From the sequence record OP197928: DNA of 64,000 bases. One strand, 5' to 3'. A model generated the notes under the pieces. It was not told the DNA's origin. It saw nothing but the letters and a program-made list of their open reading frames with translations, and made no database searches. Positions 47,197 to 57,658 of this stretch are shown here, one piece after another (positions within the stretch are counted from its first letter, which is position 1; each line of letters begins with the position of its first letter). The DNA comes from Shigella phage A2. A program made the position numbers and the translations under genes.

Positions 47197-47424
47197 TTAC
47201 CCCATATCTCTCATATGCATATCAATGCCCATATCTTTAGAATAAAAATATTCATCAAGATATCCGGCAAATTTTCCTTTAATATAAAGGACATCTTCAC
47301 CACACGGGTGGTCGGCCAGAATACGAATATCCTGACGCTTAAGATTATGCTTTTTCATTAAGAATTGAATCTCAGTTTCAAATTCTTCTTCATAATTAAA
47401 AGCATCATCAATGCTATATCTCAT
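47197..47424 (-). CDS. hypothetical protein (uvsY.-1 position)
   Basis: 75-aa ORF directly downstream of uvsY with ATGA overlap. Confidence 0.65.
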   Translation of the reverse strand: MRYSIDDAFNYEEEFETEIQFLMKKHNLKRQDIRILADHPCGEDVLYIKGKFAGYLDEYFYSKDMGIDMHMRDMG

Positions 47425-47837
47425 TATTTTCCAGCCTCAAATGCTCGCATGTCTTGAATATGCTTAATAGCAAATCCGCGTGATTTGATAGCATCAAGAG
47501 CTCCGCTACAGAAATCCAATAAAATTCCCCAATATTGCAATGAAGTATCAACTTTTAAAACATCCTTATCAGCTGATAGAACTGTCTTCATTTCTGATTT
47601 CTCATAACGGTCCATACTAAATTCATCACCATCTCCTCGTCCCGAGTAGTAGTCTAATTTAGCTTTAAGAGCAACTTTTTTCTGTGCATCAATTCTAAGC
47701 ATTTCCTTTTTAATACTTGAATGCTTATTGAGCCATTTACTATATAACATCACATTATTAGCTGCTTCATACTGTAATTTAGTCGAATCTATAAACACAT
47801 CTTTCTTCAATTCTTCTTGAAGATCTTCTAATTTCAT
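47424..47837 (-). CDS. uvsY: UvsY recombination mediator protein
   Basis: 137 aa; N-terminus MKLEDLQEELKKDVFIDSTKLQYEAANNVMLYSKW recognised as T4 UvsY. Confidence 0.95.
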   Translation of the reverse strand: MKLEDLQEELKKDVFIDSTKLQYEAANNVMLYSKWLNKHSSIKKEMLRIDAQKKVALKAKLDYYSGRGDGDEFSMDRYEKSEMKTVLSADKDVLKVDTSLQYWGILLDFCSGALDAIKSRGFAIKHIQDMRAFEAGK

Positions 47838-47877
47838 ATTGTTCTCTATTCAATTGTTATTGGATGGACTTAGATTC

Positions 47878-47903
47878 ATTATACCACGTTTATACGTGAA
47901 GCA
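47878..47903 (-). promoter_or_regulatory. MotA-dependent middle promoter for uvsY (MotA box TGCTTCA + -10 TATAAT)
   Basis: Minus strand: aaTGCTTCAcgtataaacgtggTATAATg; MotA box about 13 nt upstream of the -10; overlaps gene 25 stop. Confidence 0.55.
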
Positions 47904-48302
47904 TTATACTCTGTTACTGGAAGCCAGTTGTAGTTTTATCTGCTCGATATCATCAGGGTTATCGATGACTGAAAAGCGTATTTCTACTATCAGAGTATAA
48001 TCATCATAAACCGGTATTACATTAACTGCTAATTTATCAATACGTGGCTCGTAGTTTCTTACTGCGCTTTCAATGTTACGCTCAACAGTATCAGCAGTAA
48101 GAGGAGTCATATTCTCAAAAAGCTGATCAGATAAATCGCATCCAAATTCTGGGTCAAATGGCCTTGACCCTTTCCTGGTTGTAATAATTCCCAAAAGGCT
48201 ATTTTTAATTGACCTTAATCCAAGAGATCTGGAAACGTCTTTGTCCCAATCCATTTTCATTTCTGGGTCAATGTCAGAATAAAGCTTATTAATATTTGCC
48301 AT
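47904..48302 (-). CDS. 25: baseplate wedge protein gp25
   Basis: 132 aa (T4 gp25 length). Confidence 0.93.
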   Translation of the reverse strand: MANINKLYSDIDPEMKMDWDKDVSRSLGLRSIKNSLLGIITTRKGSRPFDPEFGCDLSDQLFENMTPLTADTVERNIESAVRNYEPRIDKLAVNVIPVYDDYTLIVEIRFSVIDNPDDIEQIKLQLASSNRV

Positions 48303-48928
48303 TACAATAGCTCAAAGAATTCTTTGAGTCCTCTTATTACATGAGCGTGAGTTTTTCCACACTCTGGACACTTAATTGGAACAGCCAAATAAACAGTAGG
48401 CTTTAAAAGCATATCTTTTATAGCTACAATATCTGACTCTGTGATGATAGAATATAAATCTTCCAACTCTTTTTCATTTAAGTCTTCAATTGGAATGCTT
48501 TCACCGTTAGCATGAATCGTTTCTATACATGATACTATCATGTGGGCTATATTTTTATCATCAAAAATTTTAGGGTAATGGAACTTAATTTTAATGTCAC
48601 CCAGTGTATACCAGAGGTCTTCTGGTGCATCTATTTGTGTATGTAATAGATTTATATGGGTTGGTATTTCAGTTCCGCAGGTGCACTTCCAGGAGTTTTC
48701 GTGATTAACTTCTCCAAGAGAATGTGCCCATAAATGAATCAATAGTAGTTCTGATTCTTGGCGGTTTAAATCTTTTGCATTTGTGCATTCTTTAATTAGC
48801 TTTTTAACGATCTCTTCTACTGAACCGTTCTTTTTAGCAGTAATAAGTTCTAGATATTCTTTAAGAGTAAATGCGCGACAGTTGATTATTTTAGAACCAA
48901 CTCTCACATCAAATTTGTATTCATACAT
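48302..48928 (-). CDS. 26: baseplate hub assembly protein gp26
   Basis: 208 aa (T4 gp26 length); divergent from gene 51. Confidence 0.9.
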   Translation of the reverse strand: MYEYKFDVRVGSKIINCRAFTLKEYLELITAKKNGSVEEIVKKLIKECTNAKDLNRQESELLLIHLWAHSLGEVNHENSWKCTCGTEIPTHINLLHTQIDAPEDLWYTLGDIKIKFHYPKIFDDKNIAHMIVSCIETIHANGESIPIEDLNEKELEDLYSIITESDIVAIKDMLLKPTVYLAVPIKCPECGKTHAHVIRGLKEFFELL

Positions 48929-48949
48929 ATTTAGCTCCTTTATTTATCA

Positions 48950-48961
48950 TATTTATAAATA
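48950..48961. promoter_or_regulatory. bidirectional late promoter: 12-bp palindrome tatttataaata = overlapping TATAAATA boxes on both strands
   Basis: TATAAATA at 48954-48961 (+) for gene 51 and at 48950-48957 (-) for genes 26/25; sequence is its own reverse complement. Confidence 0.55.
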
Positions 48962-48978
48962 GAATAAAAGGAGCATCT

Positions 48979-49728
48979 ATGGCAAACATTATTCGTTGTA
49001 AATTACCAGATGGTGTTCATCGTTTTAAACCATTTACGGTAGAAGATTATCGAGATTTTTTGTTAGTTCGAAACGATATAGAACATCGGTCACCACAAGA
49101 ACAAAAAGAAATAATTACTGATTTAATTGATGATTATTTTGGAGACTATCCGAAGACTTGGCAACCATTTATATTTTTGCAGGTATTTGTAGGTTCAATA
49201 GGTAAAACTAAAGTACCGGTCACATTTGTATGTCCAAAATGTAAAAAAGAAAAGACAGTTCCATTTGAAATATATCAAAAAGAATTAAAGGAACCTGTTT
49301 TTGATGTAGCTAATGTTAAAATTAAATTAAAGTTTCCTTCTGAGTTTTATGAAAATAAAGCAAAGATGATTACTGAAAATATTCATTCTGTTCAAGTAGA
49401 TGAAATGTGGTATGATTGGAATGAAATTAGCGAATCAAGTCAAATAGAACTTGTTGATGCCATCGAGATAGAAACATTAGAAAAAATTCTCGATGCAATG
49501 AATCCTATTAATTTAACATTGCATATGTCATGCTGTAATAAGTACATTAAAAAATACACTGATATAGTAGATGTGTTTAAGCTATTAGTTAACCCAGATG
49601 AAATATTTACTTTTTATCAAATTAATCACACACTCGTAAAAAGTAATTATAGCTTAAATTCAATAATGAAAATGATTCCTGCTGAGCGCGGATTCGTATT
49701 AAAACTGATTGAGAAGGATAAACAATAA
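48979..49728 (+). CDS. 51: baseplate hub assembly catalyst gp51
   Basis: 249 aa (T4 gp51 length). Confidence 0.9.
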   Translation: MANIIRCKLPDGVHRFKPFTVEDYRDFLLVRNDIEHRSPQEQKEIITDLIDDYFGDYPKTWQPFIFLQVFVGSIGKTKVPVTFVCPKCKKEKTVPFEIYQKELKEPVFDVANVKIKLKFPSEFYENKAKMITENIHSVQVDEMWYDWNEISESSQIELVDAIEIETLEKILDAMNPINLTLHMSCCNKYIKKYTDIVDVFKLLVNPDEIFTFYQINHTLVKSNYSLNSIMKMIPAERGFVLKLIEKDKQ

Positions 49729-50903
49729 TGAGTATGTTGCAACGCCCCGGATATCCAAATCTCAGCGTTAAATTATTTGATAGCTACGACGCTTGGAGTA
49801 ATAATAGATTTGTTGAATTAGCTGCTACTATTACTACATTAACTATGCGGGATTCTCTTTATGGCCGAAATGAAGGAATGCTGCAGTTTTATGATTCTAA
49901 AAACATCCATACAAAAATGGATGGAAATGAAATAATTCAGATTTCTGTAGCTAATGCAAACGATATTAATAATGTTAAAACACGAATTTATGGATGCAAG
50001 CATTTTTCCGTGTCAGTAGATTCAAAAGGCGATAACATCATTGCTATTGAATTGGGAACTATTCATTCTATAGAAAATCTTAAATTTGGTAGACCATTTT
50101 TCCCTGATGCAGGTGAATCTATAAAAGAAATGCTTGGTGTCATTTATCAAGATCGCACATTATTAACTCCAGCAATAAATGCTATAAATGCTTATGTTCC
50201 TGATATTCCATGGACTAGCACATTTGAAAACTATTTGTCATATGTAAGAGAAGTTGCTCTAGCTGTAGGAAGCGACAAATTTGTATTTGTATGGCAAGAC
50301 ATCATGGGAGTTAACATGATGGACTATGATATGATGATAAATCAAGAACCATATCCAATGATTGTCGGTGAGCCATCTTTAATAGGTCAATTTGTCCAAG
50401 AATTAAAATATCCATTAGCATATGATTTCGTTTGGTTGACTAAATCGAATCCTCACAAACGTGACCCAATGAAAAATGCTACTATCTATGCTCATTCATT
50501 TTTAGATTCTTCATTGCCAATGATTACTACGGGAAAGGGCGAAAACTCTATTGTAGTGTCAAGGTCAGGTGCTTATTCTGAAATGACTTATAGGAATGGA
50601 TATGAAGAAGCTATTCGTCTTCAAACTATGGCACAATATGACGGCTATGCTAAATGTTCTACTGTCGGTAATTTTAACTTGACTCCTGGTGTTAAAATTA
50701 TTTTTAATGATAGTAAAAACCAATTTAAAACAGAATTTTACGTTGATGAAGTTATCCACGAATTATCTAATAATAATTCAGTAACTCATCTATATATGTT
50801 CACTAATGCAACGAAACTGGAAACAATAGACCCAGTTAAGGTTAAAAATGAATTTAAATCTGATACTACCACTGAAGAAAGTAGTTCTTCCAATAAGCAA
50901 TAA
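49728..50903 (+). CDS. 27: baseplate hub protein gp27
   Basis: 391 aa (T4 gp27 length). Confidence 0.95.
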   Translation: MSMLQRPGYPNLSVKLFDSYDAWSNNRFVELAATITTLTMRDSLYGRNEGMLQFYDSKNIHTKMDGNEIIQISVANANDINNVKTRIYGCKHFSVSVDSKGDNIIAIELGTIHSIENLKFGRPFFPDAGESIKEMLGVIYQDRTLLTPAINAINAYVPDIPWTSTFENYLSYVREVALAVGSDKFVFVWQDIMGVNMMDYDMMINQEPYPMIVGEPSLIGQFVQELKYPLAYDFVWLTKSNPHKRDPMKNATIYAHSFLDSSLPMITTGKGENSIVVSRSGAYSEMTYRNGYEEAIRLQTMAQYDGYAKCSTVGNFNLTPGVKIIFNDSKNQFKTEFYVDEVIHELSNNNSVTHLYMFTNATKLETIDPVKVKNEFKSDTTTEESSSSNKQ

Positions 50904-51381
50904 AGAAGTTTCTATTCCTAAAATGGGTCTTAAACATTATAACATTTTAAAAGATGTTAAAGGTCCTGACGAAAATTTAAAACTTCTTATTGATTCTATT
51001 TGTCCGAATTTATCACCAGCAGAAGTTGATTTCGTTTCTATTCATTTATTGGAATTTAATGGAAAGATTAAATCTCGTAAAGAAATAGATGGTTATACTT
51101 ATGACATTAATGATGTTTATGTATGCCAAAGATTGGAATTTCAATACCAAGGAAATACATTTTATTTTAGACCTCCTGGAAAATTTGAACAATTTTTAAC
51201 GGTGAGCGATATGTTATCCAAATGCTTGCTTAAGGTCAATGATGAAGTTAAAGAAATTAATTTTCTTGAGATGCCAGCATTCGTTTTAAAATGGGCAAAT
51301 GATATTTTTACAACTTTAGCAATTCCTGGCCCTAATGGTCCAATAACCGGAATTGGCAATATTATTGGATTATTTGAATGA
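50848..51381 (+). CDS. 28: baseplate hub distal subunit gp28
   Basis: 177 aa; 56-nt overlap with gene 27 in a different frame. Confidence 0.9.
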   Translation: MNLNLILPLKKVVLPISNKEVSIPKMGLKHYNILKDVKGPDENLKLLIDSICPNLSPAEVDFVSIHLLEFNGKIKSRKEIDGYTYDINDVYVCQRLEFQYQGNTFYFRPPGKFEQFLTVSDMLSKCLLKVNDEVKEINFLEMPAFVLKWANDIFTTLAIPGPNGPITGIGNIIGLFE

Positions 51382-53150
51382 AAAAGCCACAAGAAATGCA
51401 AACGATGCGTAGAAAAGTTATTTCAGATAATAAACCAACACAGGAAGCGGCTAAATCCGCTTCTAACACTTTATCTGGACTTAACGATATATCTACGAAA
51501 TTGGATGATGCTCAAGCTGCTTCTGAATTAATTGCTCAAACTGTCGAAGAAAAATCGAATGAAATAATTGGAGCAATTGACAATGTAGAAAGCGCAGTGA
51601 GTGATACTACTGCTGGTTCTGAGTTAATTGCTGAAACTGTCGAAATTGGCAATAATATTAATAAAGAAATCGGTGAATCGCTCGGGAGCAAATTAGATAA
51701 ATTAACAAGTTTACTAGAGCAAAAAATTCAGACAGCTGGAATTCAACAAACAGGAACTAGTTTAGCTACGGTTGAAAGCGCTATTCCTGTTAAAGTTGTT
51801 GAGGACGATACAGCTGAATCTGTGGGTCCTTTATTACCGGCTCCTGAAGCAGTTAATAATGATCCTGATGCTGATTTTTTCCCTACCCCTCAGCCAGTTG
51901 AACCTAAACAAGAATCGCCAGAAGAAAAACAGAAAAAAGACGCATTTAACTTAAAATTATCTCAAGCTTTAGATAAATTAACAAAGACTGTTGATTTCGG
52001 ATTTAAGAAATCTATTTCAATTACTGATAAAATATCAAGCATGCTATTTAAGTATACCGTCAGTGCTGCTATTGAAGCTGCTAAAATGACTGCAATGATA
52101 TTGGCTGTTGTTGTTGGAATAGACCTGTTGATGGTTCATTTCAAATATTGGTCAGATAAATTTTCACAGGCATGGGATTTATTTAGTACAGACTTTACTA
52201 AATTCTCTAGCGAAACCGGAACATGGGGTCCTTTATTACAGAGCATCTTTAGTTCTATTGATGAAATTAAAAAATTCTGGGAAGAGGGAGATTGGGGCGG
52301 TTTGACGGTAGCTATTGTAGAAGGGCTTGGAAAGGTTCTTTATAATTTAGGAGAACTTATTCAGCTTGGAATGGCTAAATTATCTGCTGCAATTCTTCGA
52401 GTCATTCCTGGCATGAAGGATACCGCTGATGAAGTAGAAGGAAGAGCACTAGAAAATTTCCAAAATTCTACTGGAGCATCTCTCAATAAAGAAGACCAGG
52501 AAAAAGTTGCAAATTATCAAGATAAACGAATGAACGGAGACCTTGGTCCGATAGCAAAAGGATTAGATAAAATTGCTAATTGGAAAACTCGTGCATCTAA
52601 CTGGATTCGTGGCGTTGATAATAAAGAAGCACTAACTACCGACGAAGAACGCGCAGCAGAAGAAGAAAAATTAAAGCAACTTTCACCAGAAGAAAGAAAA
52701 AATGCTTTAATGAAGGCTAATGAAGCTCGGGCCGCGATGATTCGTTTTGAAAAATATGCTGATTCAGCTGATATGAGTAAAGACTCAACGGTTAAATCAG
52801 TTGAAGCTGCCTATGAAGACCTTAAAAAACGGATGGATGACCCGGATTTAAATAATTCACCGGCAGTTAAAAAAGAACTTGCTGCTAGATTTTCTAAAAT
52901 TGATGCTACTTATCAAGAGCTCAAGAAAAATCAGCCTAATGCCAAACCTGAAACTTCTGCTAAATCGCCAGAAGCAAAACAAGTCCAGGTAATAGAAAAG
53001 AACAAAGCACAGCAAGCTCCTGTTCAACAAGCATCTCCTTCGATCAATAATACTAATAATGTTGTTAAGAAAAATACTGTCGTTCATAATATGACACCCG
53101 TAACGAGCACGACTGCTCCTGGTGTATTTGACGCGACTGGAGTTAATTAA
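51378..53150 (+). CDS. 29: baseplate hub / tail length tape-measure protein gp29
   Basis: 590 aa, long helical A/E/K-rich protein. Confidence 0.95.
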   Translation: MKKPQEMQTMRRKVISDNKPTQEAAKSASNTLSGLNDISTKLDDAQAASELIAQTVEEKSNEIIGAIDNVESAVSDTTAGSELIAETVEIGNNINKEIGESLGSKLDKLTSLLEQKIQTAGIQQTGTSLATVESAIPVKVVEDDTAESVGPLLPAPEAVNNDPDADFFPTPQPVEPKQESPEEKQKKDAFNLKLSQALDKLTKTVDFGFKKSISITDKISSMLFKYTVSAAIEAAKMTAMILAVVVGIDLLMVHFKYWSDKFSQAWDLFSTDFTKFSSETGTWGPLLQSIFSSIDEIKKFWEEGDWGGLTVAIVEGLGKVLYNLGELIQLGMAKLSAAILRVIPGMKDTADEVEGRALENFQNSTGASLNKEDQEKVANYQDKRMNGDLGPIAKGLDKIANWKTRASNWIRGVDNKEALTTDEERAAEEEKLKQLSPEERKNALMKANEARAAMIRFEKYADSADMSKDSTVKSVEAAYEDLKKRMDDPDLNNSPAVKKELAARFSKIDATYQELKKNQPNAKPETSAKSPEAKQVQVIEKNKAQQAPVQQASPSINNTNNVVKKNTVVHNMTPVTSTTAPGVFDATGVN

Positions 53151-53158
53151 GGAATAAT

Positions 53159-54253
53159 ATGGCAATTGTTAAAGAAATAACTGCTGATTTAATTAAAAAG
53201 TCCGGTGAGAAAATTTCAGCCGGACAGAGTACTAAATCAGAAGTAGCAACTAAAACATACACTGCCCAGTTTCCAACTGGGCGTGCTAGTGGTAATGACA
53301 CTACAGGGGACTTCCAGGTAACAGATCTATATAAGAATGGATTATTATTTACTGCATACAATATGTCATCTAGGGATTCTGGAAGTCTTAGATCGATGAG
53401 ATCTAACTACTCTTCTTCATCTTCGAGTATTTTAAGTACAGCTAGAAACACTATTAGTAGTACAGTATCAAAACTATCAAATGGATTAATATCAAACAAT
53501 AATTCAGGAACAATAAGTAAAGCTCCTGTCGCAAACATTCTTTTACCGAGATCTAAATCTGACGTTGATACATCATCACATAGATTTAACGATGTCCAAG
53601 AAAGCCTTATCAGCAGAGGCGGAGGTACTGCTACTGGTGTGTTAAGTAATATTGCTTCAACTGCAGTATTTGGGGCACTGGAAAGTATAACGCAAGGTAT
53701 AATGGCTGATAATAATGAACAGATTTATACGACAGCCAGAAGTATGTATGGCGGTGCTGAGAATAGAACTAAAGTGTTTACATGGGATTTGACACCACGT
53801 TCAACAGAAGATTTGATGGCTATTATTAATATCTATCAGTATTTTAACTATTTTTCTTATGGTGAAACGGGCAAATCTCAATATGCTGCTGAAATAAAGG
53901 GGTATTTAGATGATTGGTATCGTTCTACATTAATTGAACCTTTATCTCCGGAAGACGCAGCTAAAAATAAAACACTATTTGAGAAAATGACATCGAGTTT
54001 AACTAACGTTCTAGTAGTTTCAAACCCGACAATTTGGATGGTGAAAAACTTTGGTGCAACATCTAAGTTTGATGGAAAAACGGAAATATTTGGCCCATGT
54101 CAAATACAGAGCATCAGATTTGATAAAACACCTAATGGTAACTTTAATGGATTAGCTATTGCTCCAAACCTCCCTAGTACATTTACTCTTGAGATTACTA
54201 TGAGAGAAATTATCACGTTAAACCGTGCTTCTTTATATGCGGGGACTTTTTAA
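53159..54253 (+). CDS. 48: baseplate tail tube cap gp48
   Basis: 364 aa (T4 gp48 length). Confidence 0.93.
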   Translation: MAIVKEITADLIKKSGEKISAGQSTKSEVATKTYTAQFPTGRASGNDTTGDFQVTDLYKNGLLFTAYNMSSRDSGSLRSMRSNYSSSSSSILSTARNTISSTVSKLSNGLISNNNSGTISKAPVANILLPRSKSDVDTSSHRFNDVQESLISRGGGTATGVLSNIASTAVFGALESITQGIMADNNEQIYTTARSMYGGAENRTKVFTWDLTPRSTEDLMAIINIYQYFNYFSYGETGKSQYAAEIKGYLDDWYRSTLIEPLSPEDAAKNKTLFEKMTSSLTNVLVVSNPTIWMVKNFGATSKFDGKTEIFGPCQIQSIRFDKTPNGNFNGLAIAPNLPSTFTLEITMREIITLNRASLYAGTF

Positions 54254-55218
54254 TGTATTCTTTAGAGGAATTTAATAATCAAGCAATAAACGCAGATTTC
54301 CAACGTAATAATATGTTTAGCTGCGTTTTTGCGACAACTCCATCAACTAAAAGCTCTTCGTTGATAAGTTCAATTAGCAACTTTTCTTATAATAACTTGG
54401 GTCTAAATTCAGATTGGTTAGGATTGACTCAAGGCGATATTAATCAGGGAATTACCACGCTAATTACCGCTGGCACACAAAAACTGATAAGAAAATCAGG
54501 GGTTAGTAAATATCTTATTGGTGCCATGAGTCAACGTACAGTTCAAAGTTTATTGGGCTCATTTACAGTTGGTACATATTTAATTGACTTCTTTAACATG
54601 GCATATAACTCATCTGGATTGATGATATATTCTGTAAAAATGCCAGAGAATAGATTATCCTATGAAACTGACTGGAACTATAATTCTCCTAATATTCGTA
54701 TAACTGGGAGAGAATTAGACCCTTTGGTTATTTCATTTAGAATGGATTCAGAAGCATGTAACTATCGTGCAATGCAAGACTGGGTTAACGCTGTTCAAGA
54801 CCCAGTAACTGGATTGCGTGCTTTGCCACAAGATGTCGAGGCAGATATTCAGGTTAATCTTCATGCTCGTAATGGATTACCTCATACTGCGGTGATGTTC
54901 ACTGGATGCATTCCAGTGTCAGTGAGTGCTCCTGAGTTATCATATGATGGAGATAACCAAATAACTACATTTGATGTTACTTTTGCGTATAGAGTCATGC
55001 AGGCTGGGTCGGTTGATAGACAAGCTGCGCTTGAGTGGCTTGAATCTGCTGCTATAAATGGCATTCAAAGCGTTCTCGGAAATAGTGGAGGTGTTACTGG
55101 ATTATCTAATTCGCTTTCACGACTTAGTAGATTAGGAGGAACTGCTGGAAGCATTTCAAACATTAATACTATGACGGGAATTGTCAACTCGCAAAGTAAA
55201 ATATTAGGAGCAATATAA
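54253..55218 (+). CDS. 54: baseplate tail tube initiator gp54
   Basis: 321 aa; ATGT overlap with gene 48. Confidence 0.93.
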   Translation: MYSLEEFNNQAINADFQRNNMFSCVFATTPSTKSSSLISSISNFSYNNLGLNSDWLGLTQGDINQGITTLITAGTQKLIRKSGVSKYLIGAMSQRTVQSLLGSFTVGTYLIDFFNMAYNSSGLMIYSVKMPENRLSYETDWNYNSPNIRITGRELDPLVISFRMDSEACNYRAMQDWVNAVQDPVTGLRALPQDVEADIQVNLHARNGLPHTAVMFTGCIPVSVSAPELSYDGDNQITTFDVTFAYRVMQAGSVDRQAALEWLESAAINGIQSVLGNSGGVTGLSNSLSRLSRLGGTAGSISNINTMTGIVNSQSKILGAI

Positions 55219-55220
55219 CA

Positions 55221-55250
55221 ATGGGGACCGAAAGGTCCCCATATTTTTAT
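55221..55250. terminator. bidirectional GAAA/UUUC tetraloop terminator between gene 54 (+) and the alt region (-)
   Basis: atggggacc-gaaa-ggtccccat followed by atttttattt. Confidence 0.65.
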
Positions 55251-55537
55251 TTACGGAATGAAATAAAAGCAGCAACTGAAGCAACTAAACTGTCTTCAAT
55301 ATAAACTTCAATTTTTACCGGAGCTTCTGACTCAAATTTACCTGTTACTACACCTTGGAAAATGCTTTCAGTCTGCTCTGGCTTTGAAAAATTTTCAGAA
55401 GGAAAAATTCCGAACTTTTTATCTGTTCCAAAAATTTTGATAAATTCATCATAAACTGCTTCATTAAAAGCATTATCAGCAGGAATAACGCCTTCAACTA
55501 CAAGTTCTTGACCTAAAAAGCGCAAAGAAGATTTCAT
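55247..55537 (-). CDS. hypothetical protein (alt.-3 position)
   Basis: 96-aa ORF. Confidence 0.55.
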   Translation of the reverse strand: MKSSLRFLGQELVVEGVIPADNAFNEAVYDEFIKIFGTDKKFGIFPSENFSKPEQTESIFQGVVTGKFESEAPVKIEVYIEDSLVASVAAFISFRK

Positions 55538-55597
55538 TTTGTGTTCCTCATGTTATGTCAGTAAAATTACTATAACACAACACGAGGGACTTGTAAA

Positions 55598-57655
55598 CTA
55601 CATCTTGAACTTTTTAGACATTCCGTTGATGTTAACCAAAGAAGCCAAGATTTGAGAAACTTCGTTTTTCTCTTCTTTTGATTCTTCTACAAGGAATTGA
55701 TTAAACCCAGCCATTGGACGAACTTCACCAGTTTCCATCAGATGATCGCCATCATATACCGATTCTTCTAATTGTTCAGAAGGAGGAACGATTGTGCCTT
55801 CGATTAGATACTTGTTATAAGCAGTTTCTTTCATCATGTACGTGCTTACTTTATTAATCTTCAACAAAATTCCACGCGGTAAAATAACTTCAGCTTCTGA
55901 TGGAAATCCTGATAAATGACCTGGAACGATAACTTTAATTCGCTCAGCTCCTTTTATTACCATACCTACGCTAGTTTCAGCATCTTCATTAGCATATGCA
56001 GAATGACTGCCCATATGCATTAAATCTTCAGCATCAACAGAACCTTCTCCTTCACCAGAAAATACTGCGCCGGAATCATCTAGAGCCATATAGTTTTTAC
56101 CATGCTCACCGAAGATATTTGGTTTAAGCGATGTTGATACGAAGTTCTTGAAATAAAACATTTTATTTTCAATATTATGACGTAAAGTTTTAAAGGTAAC
56201 TTCTTGTCCACGATAAAGCGTAGTTCCTGGAGGAAGAACTGAACCTTTGGCAAAGGCAGAATCCATTGTCTCGATGTGTTTAATAGCTCGTTCCATGTAT
56301 TCTTCACGGGTAGAATCTGGTTTACCCAAGAGGAACGAGTTCATTTCAACATATGAATCTGCACAATAATCTTCAATTACATCAGACTCAGCCTGAGTCA
56401 GTCCTTTTGGAGTTACTTCGGTGCTTGCGTATTCATATGCCTGAGCAGCAGATTCATTAATCAATTTATAAATGCCATTCATGACAAATTGAATAATAGC
56501 TACCTTTTCGTCTGGCGTGGCTTTAGAACCTTTAACTAAATCATTGATAATTTTCTTAATAACATCAAAGCTATTAGAAATATTAATGTCAGCGAGATCG
56601 CTCAAAATTTTATCGGTTTTATAATCAAAGAATTCTTTATTCTTTAAATATTCTTGAGAACCTTGATATGTTATATCGCTCTGCAGCTTGATAGATGGAT
56701 CACGTAAACGTGCATGGGCCAATGCAATATGATTTCGGAAGCTTTCTAGTTCATAATCATTAGATTTAAAACGAGAAGCACTCCTCATACCACCGATAGC
56801 TCCTTTGCCGAAGTTTGAACCAATCTGAATAACGCCAGAGTTCATTGGTCCTTCTGCTTTATATACCGGAACTTTAGATTCAAACTCTTGATATTTCTTA
56901 GCGGCGAAGCTATCACCCTGAAGTGAAGCATCGACAGTAGAATATTGAGCTTGTGCTGCTAATCGACGACTAATTTTAGTTTTCTGAATAACAGCTTGAT
57001 CCGTGCGCTTATCATTTTCTAGAGCAATAGAAGCGGCAACAGCAACAGCTTTAGGAACAGCATTACCTGTTTTAACGTCTACATAAACATCACCAACCTT
57101 TGATTCAACTTTTGTGAATAACTCAGTTGAAATAGGAGGTACACCTGGAATGTCTTCTAAATTAGCAGTTTTACGATAAACCATAATATATGCATACTTT
57201 TTATCATAGTCCCAGATTTCCTTTAAAAGAACATATCGACCTGCTCCTTTAGTACGTACTAAACGGTCAGCAATAACTTGCATTTGACGAGCAGCGCCAT
57301 TTGTTTTACTTTTTAGTACGCGGAATAGGCATGCGTCAATTTTATACTGTTTCATTGTTTGAAGAGCAGTATCAAAAACCGCATTAATGACACCAATTGG
57401 ATTTCCACCCAAGTTTTTAAGTTTAACTAATGATAGTTTCTCATTAACACCTATCATTACGATATGCATCATTTTATCGCCTGGCTTAACGTTTTTATTT
57501 GTATCACCGCCAGAGGTGTATGTACAAAATCTAAATCCAGGAAGCACACTTTCTTCACCGGCTTGAATAGCAAAAATTTGAGGTATTTTATGCTTAGGAT
57601 TTAAGTTAACAACCGGCGCCGAAGCGCCGTCAAATAATTCTGTAATAAGTTCCAT
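55598..57655 (-). CDS. Alt-like ADP-ribosyltransferase (paralog 1)
   Basis: 685 aa; N-terminal about 230 aa co-linear with the adjacent paralog (MELITELFD...KIDAC...YDKKYAYI...); C-terminal R-S-E ART signature: YRGQ, NFVSTSL, EAEVILPRG. Confidence 0.85.
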   Translation of the reverse strand: MELITELFDGASAPVVNLNPKHKIPQIFAIQAGEESVLPGFRFCTYTSGGDTNKNVKPGDKMMHIVMIGVNEKLSLVKLKNLGGNPIGVINAVFDTALQTMKQYKIDACLFRVLKSKTNGAARQMQVIADRLVRTKGAGRYVLLKEIWDYDKKYAYIMVYRKTANLEDIPGVPPISTELFTKVESKVGDVYVDVKTGNAVPKAVAVAASIALENDKRTDQAVIQKTKISRRLAAQAQYSTVDASLQGDSFAAKKYQEFESKVPVYKAEGPMNSGVIQIGSNFGKGAIGGMRSASRFKSNDYELESFRNHIALAHARLRDPSIKLQSDITYQGSQEYLKNKEFFDYKTDKILSDLADINISNSFDVIKKIINDLVKGSKATPDEKVAIIQFVMNGIYKLINESAAQAYEYASTEVTPKGLTQAESDVIEDYCADSYVEMNSFLLGKPDSTREEYMERAIKHIETMDSAFAKGSVLPPGTTLYRGQEVTFKTLRHNIENKMFYFKNFVSTSLKPNIFGEHGKNYMALDDSGAVFSGEGEGSVDAEDLMHMGSHSAYANEDAETSVGMVIKGAERIKVIVPGHLSGFPSEAEVILPRGILLKINKVSTYMMKETAYNKYLIEGTIVPPSEQLEESVYDGDHLMETGEVRPMAGFNQFLVEESKEEKNEVSQILASLVNINGMSKKFKM

Positions 57656-57658
57656 GAT

